Positions 54,510 to 64,000 of a stretch of DNA of 64,000 nucleotides are shown piece by piece. The stretch lies in assembly GCA_041946735.1 (NCBI GenBank), contig JBHGAY010000001.1, positions 160,001 to 224,000 on the forward strand. Reading direction: 5' to 3'. Source of the DNA: Candidatus Eiseniibacteriota bacterium. GTDB taxonomy: Bacteria; Eisenbacteria; RBG-16-71-46; CAIMUX01; VGJL01. A program made the translations under genes and the position numbers. Positions within the stretch are counted from its first letter, which is position 1; every line of letters starts with the position of its first letter. The notes below the pieces were generated by a model. That model was not told the origin of the DNA, did no database searches, and was given only the letters and a program-made list of their open reading frames with translations.

Positions 54510-55403
54510 TCAACCGGACATCACGAGCGCGACGCCGAGAACGGCGAGAATGGTTCCGATCCAACCGGCGGGCTTCATCGTCTCGCCGAGGAAGACCGCG
54601 GAGAGCGGGGCAACGAAGAGCGGAGACGTACCGGTCAGTGCCGCCGTGATCGCGGGATCCGCGTAGCGGACGGCGACCTGGAAGAGGAAGAAGCCGACGA
54701 ACGATCCGAGGAGAGCGGCAGGGAGGATCCTTCGGAGCGAGGGAGGTCGGATGGCGTGCGAGACCGTCGCCGCGAGCCGCCCGCGCAAGAGAGAGAACAG
54801 CAGCACGCCGAGCACTCCGGCGAAGATCCGGATCGTGCTCGCCTGCAGGACGTCCGCTTCCTCCAGACCCAGCTTGGTGAGAACGATGCCAAGCGCCTGG
54901 CAGAAGGCCGCGAGCAGTGCGAACGCGAGCCCCGAGATCACCTTTCCTCGGACGATCGTCCCGTGCGGGCGCTCGCGGAGGACGAGCGCAAGCCCCGCGA
55001 CCACGAAAGCGACGCCGACCGCCGCGAGGCGACCGGGAAGCGGCTGGCCGAACGCCGCCGAGAGAGCGGCGGCGAAGAGCGGCGTCAGGGTCTGGATCAG
55101 CATCGTCCGCGTCGCGCCGATCCGCCCCAGGGCCGCGAAGTAGGCGCTGTCGCCGAGCGACATGCCCGCGACACCGCTCACGAACAGAATCGCGAAGGAG
55201 CCGGCTCCGACGCCGGCGAGAGCGGGACGCGGGCCAAAGAGGAGCAGCACGAGAAGGAAGAGCGGGAAGCAGAGCGCCGTCTTGAAGAGGTTCATCGCTT
55301 GCGGCCAGGAGACGGCCATCTGCCGGGTCCAGAGGATGCTCGTTCCCGCCCACAGCGCCGCCGCCGCGAGCGCGGCCGTCTCACCGATCGGCAGATGCCC
55401 CAC
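54510..55403 (-). CDS. DMT/EamA family transporter
   Basis: GETAALAAAALW, SGVAGMSLGDSAYF, TSPLF..FLGE; two EamA repeats. Confidence 0.9.
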   Translation of the reverse strand: MGHLPIGETAALAAAALWAGTSILWTRQMAVSWPQAMNLFKTALCFPLFLLVLLLFGPRPALAGVGAGSFAILFVSGVAGMSLGDSAYFAALGRIGATRTMLIQTLTPLFAAALSAAFGQPLPGRLAAVGVAFVVAGLALVLRERPHGTIVRGKVISGLAFALLAAFCQALGIVLTKLGLEEADVLQASTIRIFAGVLGVLLFSLLRGRLAATVSHAIRPPSLRRILPAALLGSFVGFFLFQVAVRYADPAITAALTGTSPLFVAPLSAVFLGETMKPAGWIGTILAVLGVALVMSG

Positions 55404-55421
55404 GATCCGGCCGGGCTTCCG

Positions 55422-56330
55422 TCAGGCTCGATAGCCGAGGCGGCGCAGGGCCGTTTCGTCCCGCCGCCACTTCGGGACAACCTTCACGCGAAGCTCGAGG
55501 AAGACCGGGCGCCCGAGGAAAGCCTCGATCTCCTCGCGAGCCGCCTCGCCGAGAGCCCGGATCGCCGCTCCCTTGCGGCCGATCAGGATCGCCTTCTGCG
55601 ACTCCTGCTCGACGAAGAGCGTCGAGGCGATGTAGTCCTTCGCCCCCTCCCCTCGCTCCCGGAAGTCGTCGATCTCCACCTCGACCGAGTACGGAATCTC
55701 CTCGTAGAACCGCAAGAACACCTGCTCGCGGATCATCTCCGCCACGAAGAAACGCTCCGGCTGGTCGGTGACCTGATCCGGAGGGTAGAGCGGCGGGCCT
55801 TCGGGCAGGCTTCGCGCGAGAACACGCACGAGATCGTCGATGCCATCCCCTTCGAGAGCCGAGATCGGGACGACGTCGGCGAAGAGCCCGCGCGCCGCGA
55901 TCGCATCGAGCACCGGCAGCATCGCCTGCTTCGGCTTGTAGAGATCCACCTTGTTGAGAGCGGCGATGCGAGGCCCGCGGAACTCCTCGATCGCAGGCGG
56001 GATCGGGAGCCGGTCGGGGCGCGCCTTCTCCGCGTCGAGCAGCACGCACGCGACGTTCGCGTCCCCGAGCGCTTCCTGGACGGTCCGCATCATGGCGCGC
56101 TGGAGCGGGTAGCGCGGGTCCAGCATTCCCGGCGTGTCGAGCAGGATCATCTGGAAGCTCTCGCCGCCGACGATCCCCAGCGTCCGGCGCCGCGTGGTCT
56201 GGGGCTTCGGGCTCACGATCGCGAGCTTCTGATGGAGCATCGCGTTCATGAGGGTCGACTTGCCGGCGTTCGGCTCGCCGACGAGCGCGACGTACCCGCT
56301 GCGGTACGATCCGTCCCCGGGCTCGTCCAT
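55422..56330 (-). CDS. era: GTPase Era
   Basis: GEPNAGKST, SPKPQTTR, DTPG, NKVD, KH domain EEIPY..SQKAILIG. Confidence 0.96.
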   Translation of the reverse strand: MDEPGDGSYRSGYVALVGEPNAGKSTLMNAMLHQKLAIVSPKPQTTRRRTLGIVGGESFQMILLDTPGMLDPRYPLQRAMMRTVQEALGDANVACVLLDAEKARPDRLPIPPAIEEFRGPRIAALNKVDLYKPKQAMLPVLDAIAARGLFADVVPISALEGDGIDDLVRVLARSLPEGPPLYPPDQVTDQPERFFVAEMIREQVFLRFYEEIPYSVEVEIDDFRERGEGAKDYIASTLFVEQESQKAILIGRKGAAIRALGEAAREEIEAFLGRPVFLELRVKVVPKWRRDETALRRLGYRA

Positions 56331-56422
56331 CGAGGCGTCTCCTCCCTTCGGTCCAGGGAAGAGTAGCGGAGGGGACGCCGGAACGACAGGGAGCTGCCGC
56401 GCGCGCCGCCTGACCGGGCGCC

Positions 56423-58477
56423 TCACTCGCGCAGGAGAACCATCCGGGCCGCGGACCGCTCCCCGCCCGCCTCGAGCCTCGCATGGTAGACGCCGCACGG
56501 CAGCTCCCGGCCGCCGGAGTCCCGGCCGTCCCAGTCGACGGCGTGCCAGCCGGCTTCGAGCAGCCCGTCGGCGAGCGTGCGCACGCAGCGTCCCGCCGGA
56601 TCGTAGATCCGCAGGATGGTGACCGCCGCCCGCGGGAGCGCGAAGCGCAACGACGTTCCGCCCGCGAAGGGGTTCGGACGGCCGGGGGCGAGAAGCAGAG
56701 CCGCCGCGGCGCCGCCGCCGGACTCCGGGGCTCCGCTCACGTCCTGCACGATATGGATCAGCCAGCCGTCCGGATCGAGCGCGACCGACGTGGGAAGATT
56801 CGCGACATGCAGCTCGAACGACTGCGTCTCGAGCGAGTCCCACACGACGAACCGCTCCTCGCCGGCCTGGGTCGTCACCGCGACGTCGATCGGCATCCGG
56901 AAGATCGGACCGACCGTCTGCACCTGCTCGAGCTGCAGCGTCACCTTGTAGCCCCCGCCGTCGGGCACGCTTCCCCAGGCCAACTCGTACTCGGGGCATC
57001 CGGGCTGGTAGATCCACTCATCGAAGAACCAGGCGAGATCGATGCCCGACGTCGCCTCGAACGCCGCGCGGAGGTCTTCCGTCGTCGAGACGCCGTAGCG
57101 CAGGTCGGGGTCGCTGACGTACTCCGTAATGCCCGAGAAGAAGGCATCCTCGCCGATCACGTGACGCAGCATGTGGAGAACCCAAGCGCCCTTGTAATAG
57201 ATGGCCGCGTCCAGAGGCGGGTAGATGTTGTAGAGGCGGCGGCCGGCGTAGTCGAGCGGGTGCATCTGATCCATATAGTCGTGATAGTACGACTCGCCGT
57301 ACTTGTCCTCGAAGTACAGCGCCTCGCAGAGCGTGCCGAATCCCTCCTTCGTCCACGCGTGGCTCCACGTCCGCATCGTGATCATGTCGCCCACCCAGGA
57401 ATGGGAGAGCTCGTGCGCCACGACGAAGTCGTTCGAGTTGTCGCCGGTGATCCAGACCCACCCCATGCTCGTCGCGGTCTGATGCTCCATCGCGCCGGGA
57501 TGCTGGAACTCCGCGATCGCGTACTTTTCGGTTAGGAAGGGGTACTCGCCGAAGAGGGTGGCGTAGTACTCCATCATCTCGATGTTGCGCCCCCAGCTCG
57601 CCTGGGCGTCGGCGAGGTCCTCCGGATACGCGTAGTAGTCCACGTCCATCGTGGTGACGCCGTCGAGAGCGGTGTACGTCTCTGTCCAGGAGTCGAAGTT
57701 CGTCGTGGCGATCGAGAAGAGGTAGGGAGACATCGGGTAGTCGTGCGTCCAGTTGCAGGTCGTGGTCCCGTCGTGATTGTCGACGACCGACTCGAGCGTC
57801 CCGTTCGAGACGGTGAACAGGTCGCTGGGCGCCCGGACGTGGACCGAGAAGCTCGCCTTGTCCTTCGGGTCATCCTTGCAGATCCACCAGGCGGGCGCGC
57901 CGTACGGCTCGGAATAGCTCAAGACCATCGGGATCGAGGCGCCGTGCGTCATCCAGCGAAACGGAACCCCGGTGTAGCTCGGCGTGCCGTGGTAGGTGGA
58001 GCGTACGGTGAACGGCTGGCCGGGCTGCAGGATCGTTCCGAGATTCACCCGGATCGTGTTGCCGAGGTCTGTGAAGATCGCGGGAGCGCCGTTGACCGTC
58101 ACTCCGTCGACGAGCATCGGCGAGTAGAGGTCCAGGACGATCTGCGAGAGGTTCGCGACCTGGGCGAGCGCCTCCATCTCGACGACGCCGTAGATCGTGC
58201 GGTTCGGGATGTCCAGTCGCAGGTCGACGTCGTAATGCGTGACGCCGTACTCGTCGTGCACCTCGCGCAACCCTTCCGCTTCGCCCGCGAGCAGCCCGGC
58301 GGTGTGAGCGTCGAGAAAAGCCTGGCGCGTTTCGGCCGACGGGATCGGAGGCGGCTCGCCGGCCGTCGAGCGAAGCAGGTCGGCGGCGAGGAGCATGCCC
58401 GGGAGGAGGATCGCGGGGATCGCGGGGATCGCGACGGCGAGCAGGACCCGGACGACCAGGCTGGCGTGGCGGTTCAT
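56423..58477 (-). CDS. Secreted M1-family aminopeptidase with C-terminal FlgD-Ig/T9SS-CTD-like domain
   Basis: Signal-like N-terminus; GAMEH, HELSHSW, KEGFG, YYKGAWVLHMLR; C-terminus PNPF..RFAL..IYDPAGR..WDGRD..GVYHARL. Confidence 0.9.
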   Translation of the reverse strand: MNRHASLVVRVLLAVAIPAIPAILLPGMLLAADLLRSTAGEPPPIPSAETRQAFLDAHTAGLLAGEAEGLREVHDEYGVTHYDVDLRLDIPNRTIYGVVEMEALAQVANLSQIVLDLYSPMLVDGVTVNGAPAIFTDLGNTIRVNLGTILQPGQPFTVRSTYHGTPSYTGVPFRWMTHGASIPMVLSYSEPYGAPAWWICKDDPKDKASFSVHVRAPSDLFTVSNGTLESVVDNHDGTTTCNWTHDYPMSPYLFSIATTNFDSWTETYTALDGVTTMDVDYYAYPEDLADAQASWGRNIEMMEYYATLFGEYPFLTEKYAIAEFQHPGAMEHQTATSMGWVWITGDNSNDFVVAHELSHSWVGDMITMRTWSHAWTKEGFGTLCEALYFEDKYGESYYHDYMDQMHPLDYAGRRLYNIYPPLDAAIYYKGAWVLHMLRHVIGEDAFFSGITEYVSDPDLRYGVSTTEDLRAAFEATSGIDLAWFFDEWIYQPGCPEYELAWGSVPDGGGYKVTLQLEQVQTVGPIFRMPIDVAVTTQAGEERFVVWDSLETQSFELHVANLPTSVALDPDGWLIHIVQDVSGAPESGGGAAAALLLAPGRPNPFAGGTSLRFALPRAAVTILRIYDPAGRCVRTLADGLLEAGWHAVDWDGRDSGGRELPCGVYHARLEAGGERSAARMVLLRE

Positions 58478-58647
58478 CGTTGCGCTCCTTGACCGAAGGA
58501 TGGAGAAGGCGGCGCGGGCCCCCCTTGGGCGGCGCCATCGAACCGGCGCGAGGAAGTATAGCACGGCGGCGGCGGAAAGCGAGGAGCCGGCGACCCGCGG
58601 AGCGGGCGCCGGCCCTCGATCGCCTTTCAGACTGCCGGCAAACGGCC

Positions 58648-60177
58648 TCAGTCGAGCTTGCCGATCGCCTTTTCGACCGCCTCGAGGATCTCCCCCGACT
58701 CGACGACCGCCGCGAGACGGTTGATGTCGGCGTGGAGAGGCCTGTCCTCCTCGAGGAACGCGACGTGCTTGCGAATCACCTCGTAAGCCGCCTCGGTCCC
58801 CTTCCCCGCCTTCAGCGGGCGGCGGAAGTCCATCGCCTGCGCCCCCGCCATCATCTCGATCGCGAGAACCGCCTGCGCGTTCTTCAGGATCTGCTTCGCC
58901 TTCAGGGCGGTCGTCATCCCCATCGAGACGAAGTCCTCCTGATCGGCGGCGGCCGGGATCGAGCCGGTTGCGGCGGGAGCCGAAAGGATGCGCGCCTCGC
59001 AGCACAGCGCACCCGCCGTGTACTGCGCGAGCATCATCCCGCTGAACATTCCCGCTCCCTTGGTCAGGAAGGCCGGCAGGCCGCAGCTCAGGTTCCGGTT
59101 GAGGAGCCGGTTCAGGCGCCGCTCGGAGAGGACCGAAACGGTGGTGATCGCCGTGCCGAGCATTTCGAGGCCGAACGCCATCGGGGTTCCCTGGAAGTTC
59201 GCGCCGGTCAGGTAGGTGCCGCCATCGTCGTCCGGGAAGAAGATCGGGTTGTCGCCGACGCCGTTCAGCTCGATCTCGATCTGCGAGCGGGTGTACTTCA
59301 GCGCGTCCCGCGCTGCGCCGGCGACCTGGGGAGTGGAGCGGAGCGAGTAGGCGTCCTGCACCTTCTTCCCCTTCTGCTGCAGCATCTCGCTCCCGGCGGT
59401 GATCCGGCGGACGTTCCCCGCTTGCACCTGGGCGCCCGGGAAGCCACGCACGCGATGAATCCGCTCGTCGTAGGCGGCCATGTTGGCGTTGACCACCTCG
59501 AGCGTCATGGCGACCGCGATGTCCTGCTGGCGGAGCCATTGCTCGGCGTCGCACACCTGCAGAGCTCCCATCCCGCTGATGCAGTTCGAGCCGTTGATCG
59601 AGGCGAGTCCGTCTCGCGCTTCGAACTGGACGATCGGGATTCCGGCGCGCTCCATCGCCTGCCGCGCCGGCATCCGCTCCCCCTCGAAGAACGCCTCTCC
59701 CTCTCCGATCAGGACGAGGGCGAACTGAGACATCGGCGAGAGGTCGCCGCACGCGCCGACCGATCCCTTTTCGCACATGACCGGCGTCACGCCCCGGTTC
59801 AGCATCTCGACCATCGTCTTCACCAGCACCGGGCGGATGCCGCTGTGGCCTTGGCTGAGGACCGAGATCCGGGACAGGACGGCGGAACGGGCGTCGGGAA
59901 CCGGAAGCGGATCGCCATAGCCGGCCGCGTGGCTGTAGACAAGGAAGCGCTGGAACCGCTCGGTCTGGTCCGGATCGAGGATCGTCTCGGACAGCTCGCC
60001 GATCCCGGTCGTGATGCCGTACATCACGGCGCGCTCGCGAACCTTCCTCTCGACGAAATCTCGACAGTGCTGAATGCGCCCGAGCGCCGCGGCCGAAAGC
60101 TCGACCGGCTCCTTCCGGCGCGCGACTTGGTAGACGTCCTCGCAGGTCAGTCTCTTCTCGCCGATCGTGATGCTCAT
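58648..60177 (-). CDS. hutH: Aromatic amino acid ammonia-lyase, probably histidine ammonia-lyase (Ala-Cys-Gly MIO triad)
   Basis: YGITTGIG, YSHAAG, GSVGACGDL, INGS, QDAYSLR, DNP, GANFQG, QEDFVSMG. Confidence 0.8.
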   Translation of the reverse strand: MSITIGEKRLTCEDVYQVARRKEPVELSAAALGRIQHCRDFVERKVRERAVMYGITTGIGELSETILDPDQTERFQRFLVYSHAAGYGDPLPVPDARSAVLSRISVLSQGHSGIRPVLVKTMVEMLNRGVTPVMCEKGSVGACGDLSPMSQFALVLIGEGEAFFEGERMPARQAMERAGIPIVQFEARDGLASINGSNCISGMGALQVCDAEQWLRQQDIAVAMTLEVVNANMAAYDERIHRVRGFPGAQVQAGNVRRITAGSEMLQQKGKKVQDAYSLRSTPQVAGAARDALKYTRSQIEIELNGVGDNPIFFPDDDGGTYLTGANFQGTPMAFGLEMLGTAITTVSVLSERRLNRLLNRNLSCGLPAFLTKGAGMFSGMMLAQYTAGALCCEARILSAPAATGSIPAAADQEDFVSMGMTTALKAKQILKNAQAVLAIEMMAGAQAMDFRRPLKAGKGTEAAYEVIRKHVAFLEEDRPLHADINRLAAVVESGEILEAVEKAIGKLD

Positions 60178-60319
60178 GGGAATGCCTCCCCCCCTCTCCC
60201 GCCACCCCGGTGGGAATCCTGGCGGCGACAGCGGCCCCAGGTTCGACAGGGGCGAGAATAGCCCGGCGGCCCCGAGCGGGTCAAACGCCGAGCATCGGCC
60301 CCGAGGTGACCCGAACCGA

Positions 60320-60694
60320 TCAGTCCTCCTGCCCCCAGTCCTCCGTGGCCAGCTTCTCGAGCGACTTGTCGACCGTCGTCGAGAGCGAGAGGATGCTGCC
60401 GCTGATGTCGGAGATCTCGTCGGAGATCGCGCGAACCTTCTGAGAGGACTTCTGAACCTCCTGCGCGACAACGTCGAACCCGGCCCCCTCGTGCCCGATC
60501 CTCGCCGCCTCGACCCGCGCGTTGATTCCGACCACGTGCAGGGCGTTGGTGATGGAGTAAATGTCGCGCACCTGCTGGCTGATGCGTGCGGCGCTCTCCG
60601 CGATCCCGGTCCGGATCCGCCGGATGTCCTCGATCACGTTCTCATTCGTCAGCCGATTGAGATCGAAGACGACGCGGAACAGAAATCGTGCCAT
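60320..60694 (-). CDS. Minimal methyl-accepting chemotaxis signalling-domain protein (possibly a truncated remnant)
   Basis: INARVEAARIGHEGAGFDVVAQEVQK is the MCP hairpin-tip motif; no TM or sensor domain. Confidence 0.7.
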   Translation of the reverse strand: MARFLFRVVFDLNRLTNENVIEDIRRIRTGIAESAARISQQVRDIYSITNALHVVGINARVEAARIGHEGAGFDVVAQEVQKSSQKVRAISDEISDISGSILSLSTTVDKSLEKLATEDWGQED

Positions 60695-60754
60695 GTCGTG
60701 CTCGATGACGCTTGCGCTTCCCCCCGCCGGCTCTCGGCATCCCGGCGTCCCCCC

Positions 60755-62920
60755 TCAGCTCTCCTTCACCGGTTTCGCCGTGAAGACGCCGTTGGGCTGA
60801 TAGATCCGAACCTCCTGCACCACGTCACCCGGTCCCATCTGGAAGCTCACGCTGAAGCCATTCGCCCCTTTCAGACGGAACTCCGTTCCCCGGTCCGGTA
60901 GGAGATCGTACGGGGGCTGCCCGGGCACCACGAGCACGAGGCTGCTGCCCTTCTGCTCGACCCGCAAGGTCTGGTCGAGCAGGTCGTAGCTTCCGGCGAG
61001 CTTCGCCAGGAACGCCGGATCGGACAGCCGGGCATCCGGTTTGCGCGTGAAGACGATGTCGGCGACCATCGGCTCGATCGCAACCTTCAGCCCGTCGATG
61101 TTGCCTCTCATGTCCATCGTGAACTGCACTTTCGTGTCCTCGAAGGTCGGGTCCGGCGCGTCGTTCGCGCAGTTGAAGACATCGTAGTGCCAGTGTTCGA
61201 GCGGATCGGTGATGTGATTGAAGGTCACCGCGAGGGACTTCCCCACCATCTCGACCTTCGCAATTCCGTAGCCCGGATGCTCGTACTCCCCGACGTAGTC
61301 GGCGAGCGGGTGGGACGGCTTCGTCCCCTTCACGCGCGTGATGTCCGCCTTCTGCTTCGCCTCCTCGAGCGCCACCTCCCCTTGGGTCTTCTTCGTGAGC
61401 GCCTCGGCGATCCAATCCTTCCCCTCGATTCCGAAGATCCTGTCGAGCGCAACCTTCTCGAGAAGGTAGGGAAGGCCGGTACCGTTCTTGTTCGTGAGGA
61501 TCACGAAGCCGACGTCGTCCTGCGGCAGGAAGGTGACGAGCGCGCTGAAGCCGTCGATGTTCCCGCCATGCTCGAGGCGGTAGTGCCCTCGGTACGGCTG
61601 CACGAACCACCCCATGGCGTAGGAGGTCGCCGGCGTTTCGGGAGACTCCGGATTCGGCGGGGAGGCGATGACCATCTGCGGGGTGTGGATGTCCGCCAAT
61701 GTCGCTTCCTGGATCAGCGTCTTGCCCGCGTACTTCCCGCCGGAGAGCTGAACGAGCACCCACCGCGCCATCTCCTCGACGTTGGAGTTGATCGACCCGG
61801 CCGGGCCCATGTTCGTGATCACGCGGAACGGGATCCGCTCGATGACGCCGTCGTCCTCCTTGTACCCGAGCGCGTAGTCCGCCGCTTTCTGGGACTCCTC
61901 GACCGAGAAGTTCGATGCGGTCCATCCGAGCGGCTCGAAGATGCGCTCGCGGACCGACTCCTCCCAGCTCTTCCCGGTCAGGACCTCGGCCAGGTAGCCG
62001 GCGGTAAGGAACGCGAGGTTGTTGTACTGCCAGGTTTCGCGCAGGCCTTTGTTCGGCTCGAGATAGGCGAGGCGCGAGACGATCTCCTTTCGCGACAGCT
62101 CCGTGTTGTTGTACCAGACGAGATCGTGACGCGGCAGCCCGGAGCGATGCGTGACGAGGTCGCGCGGCGTGATCCGGAGCTGCGCCTGCTCGTCCTTCAG
62201 CCGGAAGTCGGGAAGGTAGCGGATCACCGGCTGGTCCCACTCGAGCCTCCCCTCGTCCACGAGGGTGCCGAGCGTGAAGACGGTGAACGCCTTCGTCGAC
62301 GACCCGATCGCGAAGAGCGTCTTCTCGGTGACCGGGAGCTTCTGGTCGATGTCGCGATACCCGTATCCCTTCGAGAGGACGGTTTCGCCCCCCGCGATGA
62401 CCGCGATCGCCACGCCGGGAACCTTCAGATCGGCCAACGCCTTCTCGACGATCGCGTCGAACCCCTCGAGGGCCGCCCGGGCCTTCGCGGCCGGGCTGTC
62501 ACCGCTCGCCAGGCGGAACGGAAACGTCTGTCCCGCCTGCGTGAAGTCGCCCGTGATCGTCCCCGCCGCGGCATCCCAGATTCCCTGGAACGCCGGCTCT
62601 CCCGGGATGCCGGCGATGGCGAAGCGGACGGCTGGCCCCTCGATCGAGACACCCTGAAGCGGCAGATCCTTCACCCCTTGCGCGGGGATCGAAATGTCTC
62701 CCGCCCAGGCGCCGGGTGCGCCGGTGAGATCGACGTCGATCTCGAGCTTCATCCCGGGGATCTCGATCGCTCCCGCCCAATGGCCGGCCGGCGCTGCAGC
62801 ATCGGCCCGCCCGGTGGACGGAAAGAGCAGGACCGCGGCGAGCACGGCCGCGAAGCCGGCGAGGAAGAGAAGGAAGGGCCGGATGCGGCGGGCGGCACCC
62901 GGGTTGCGTGGCGTAGCCAT
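60755..62920 (-). CDS. Secreted serine hydrolase (beta-lactamase/PBP-like, with C-terminal DUF3471-like domains)
   Basis: SSTK (SxxK), [14 protein letters not shown]; signal peptide; RBS AAGGAG. Confidence 0.9.
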   Translation of the reverse strand: MATPRNPGAARRIRPFLLFLAGFAAVLAAVLLFPSTGRADAAAPAGHWAGAIEIPGMKLEIDVDLTGAPGAWAGDISIPAQGVKDLPLQGVSIEGPAVRFAIAGIPGEPAFQGIWDAAAGTITGDFTQAGQTFPFRLASGDSPAAKARAALEGFDAIVEKALADLKVPGVAIAVIAGGETVLSKGYGYRDIDQKLPVTEKTLFAIGSSTKAFTVFTLGTLVDEGRLEWDQPVIRYLPDFRLKDEQAQLRITPRDLVTHRSGLPRHDLVWYNNTELSRKEIVSRLAYLEPNKGLRETWQYNNLAFLTAGYLAEVLTGKSWEESVRERIFEPLGWTASNFSVEESQKAADYALGYKEDDGVIERIPFRVITNMGPAGSINSNVEEMARWVLVQLSGGKYAGKTLIQEATLADIHTPQMVIASPPNPESPETPATSYAMGWFVQPYRGHYRLEHGGNIDGFSALVTFLPQDDVGFVILTNKNGTGLPYLLEKVALDRIFGIEGKDWIAEALTKKTQGEVALEEAKQKADITRVKGTKPSHPLADYVGEYEHPGYGIAKVEMVGKSLAVTFNHITDPLEHWHYDVFNCANDAPDPTFEDTKVQFTMDMRGNIDGLKVAIEPMVADIVFTRKPDARLSDPAFLAKLAGSYDLLDQTLRVEQKGSSLVLVVPGQPPYDLLPDRGTEFRLKGANGFSVSFQMGPGDVVQEVRIYQPNGVFTAKPVKES

Positions 62921-63192
62921 CTTGCACTCCTTGCTTGGGTCGTTCGTTCCGCGAGGCCGGTTACCGAGCAACAAGAGAAGACGATCCGGCCGTGCGGGTC
63001 AACGAGGATCTCGAGCGCCGGTCGCGAGTGGACCCCAGGAGCAGGTCGGATCCGGAGTGCGGATGTCGTAGCCGGATGTTCGGCGCAGGTGTCTGCCGAT
63101 GTCGGCCGCAAGGCCGGCGCGGGTTTCCCGGCCTCGCCTGTCGGGCGTCGAAATCTCTGGTTCCGGGACGGCGGATCGTCCACCATCGCGGA

Positions 63193-64000
63193 ATGACTCG
63201 AAACGAAAGCAGCAGCCACAAGAACGAGACGATCCGAAACGTCGCGATCATCGCTCACGTCGATCACGGCAAGACGACCCTCGTCGATGCCATGCTCCGC
63301 CAAAGCGGGGTCTTCCGCACCAACGAAGCGGTCGTGGAGCGGGTGATGGACTCCAACGAGCTCGAGCGGGAGCGCGGCATCACGATCCTCGCGAAGACGA
63401 CCGGGATCCATTACCACGGACTGAAGATCAACATCGTCGACACGCCCGGGCATAGCGATTTCGGGGGCGAGGTGGAGCGCGCGCTCGCGCTCGTCGACGG
63501 AGTGATGCTCCTCGTGGACGCCAGCGAAGGCCCCCTCCCGCAGACCCGCTACGTGCTGATGAAGGCGCTGGAGGCGAAGCTTCCTCCCGTCGTCGTCATC
63601 AACAAGATCGACAGGCCCGACGCCCGCCTCGCCGACGTCCTGAACGAGATCTACGACCTGTTCATCGATCTCGACGCGACGGAGGATCAGCTCGACTTCC
63701 CGGTGATCTACACGAACGCACGCGACGGCATCGCAAAGGCGTCGCCCGAGGAGGAAGGACGCGACCTCCGCCCCCTCTTCGACGCGATCGTCACCCACAT
63801 CCCGGCGCCGTTGGGCGATCCGGAAGCGGTCCTCCAGGCATTGGTCGCCAACCTCGACTACAACGACTATCTCGGCAGGATGGGGATCTGCCGCGTCCTG
63901 GCCGGCACGCTTCGAGCAGGCGAAGAGGTCGGGATCGCCCGCCGCGACGGCACGATCCAGCGCACCCGGATCACGAAGCTCTTCTCATTCGAGGGGCTGA
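63193..64000 (+). CDS. typA: Translational GTPase TypA/BipA (partial, runs off the right edge)
   Basis: Translated by hand: [67 protein letters not shown]. Confidence 0.95.
   Translation, partial: MTRNESSSHKNETIRNVAIIAHVDHGKTTLVDAMLRQSGVFRTNEAVVERVMDSNELERERGITILAKTTGIHYHGLKINIVDTPGHSDFGGEVERALALVDGVMLLVDASEGPLPQTRYVLMKALEAKLPPVVVINKIDRPDARLADVLNEIYDLFIDLDATEDQLDFPVIYTNARDGIAKASPEEEGRDLRPLFDAIVTHIPAPLGDPEAVLQALVANLDYNDYLGRMGICRVLAGTLRAGEEVGIARRDGTIQRTRITKLFSFEGL

Noticed and set aside
58648..60177. Ergothionase linked to the egt genes
   Set aside because: It lies 46 kb from egtBD and retains an MIO-type A-x-G-D-L motif, whereas characterised ergothionases are MIO-independent.
60695..60757. 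Selenocysteine or stop read-through fusing the serine hydrolase to the MCP tip
   Set aside because: There is no redox-motif context or clear SECIS-like hairpin, and a secreted hydrolase fused to a cytoplasmic tip without a TM segment is implausible.
62921..63192. 272-nt divergent intergenic region as a possible ncRNA
   Set aside because: Only small hairpins (e.g. ggcc-gcaa-ggcc) and no recognisable RNA family; consistent with two promoters.

Overview
A very GC-rich bacterial chromosomal segment with about 55 genes, mostly housekeeping and metabolic. I found no rRNA, tRNA, CRISPR array, transposase or integrase. Main blocks, in order: long-chain acyl-CoA ligase and two GT4 glycosyltransferases; glutamate dehydrogenase; an egtB-egtD ergothioneine cluster followed by DinB and GNAT genes; a complete complex I operon (nuoA-N, with nuoC and nuoD fused) and a candidate Rex operator; tdh; an RRM RNA-binding protein; hppD-hmgA; a tolA-tolB-pal-cpoB cluster lacking tolQR and headed by an ABC-class ATPase of unknown function; a Pat-type acyl-CoA ligase/GNAT fusion; era; a histidine-ammonia-lyase-family enzyme with Ala-Cys-Gly instead of Ala-Ser-Gly at the MIO site; and a partial typA. 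The most intriguing signal is two recurring C-terminal tags on unrelated secreted proteins. One is a short terminal motif, AVAT-x(2-4)-WG-x-[LI]-R-x-[LM]-FR-stop (genes ending at 35626 and 53596). The other is a ~100-aa FlgD-Ig/T9SS-CTD-like domain on two secreted metallopeptidases. Together they suggest dedicated protein-sorting signals. From memory, this protein style fits an FCB-related candidate phylum such as Eisenbacteria or Latescibacterota; that is inference and was not checked. Start codons were re-picked by eye, because many ORF-track entries are over-extended or are shadow ORFs.
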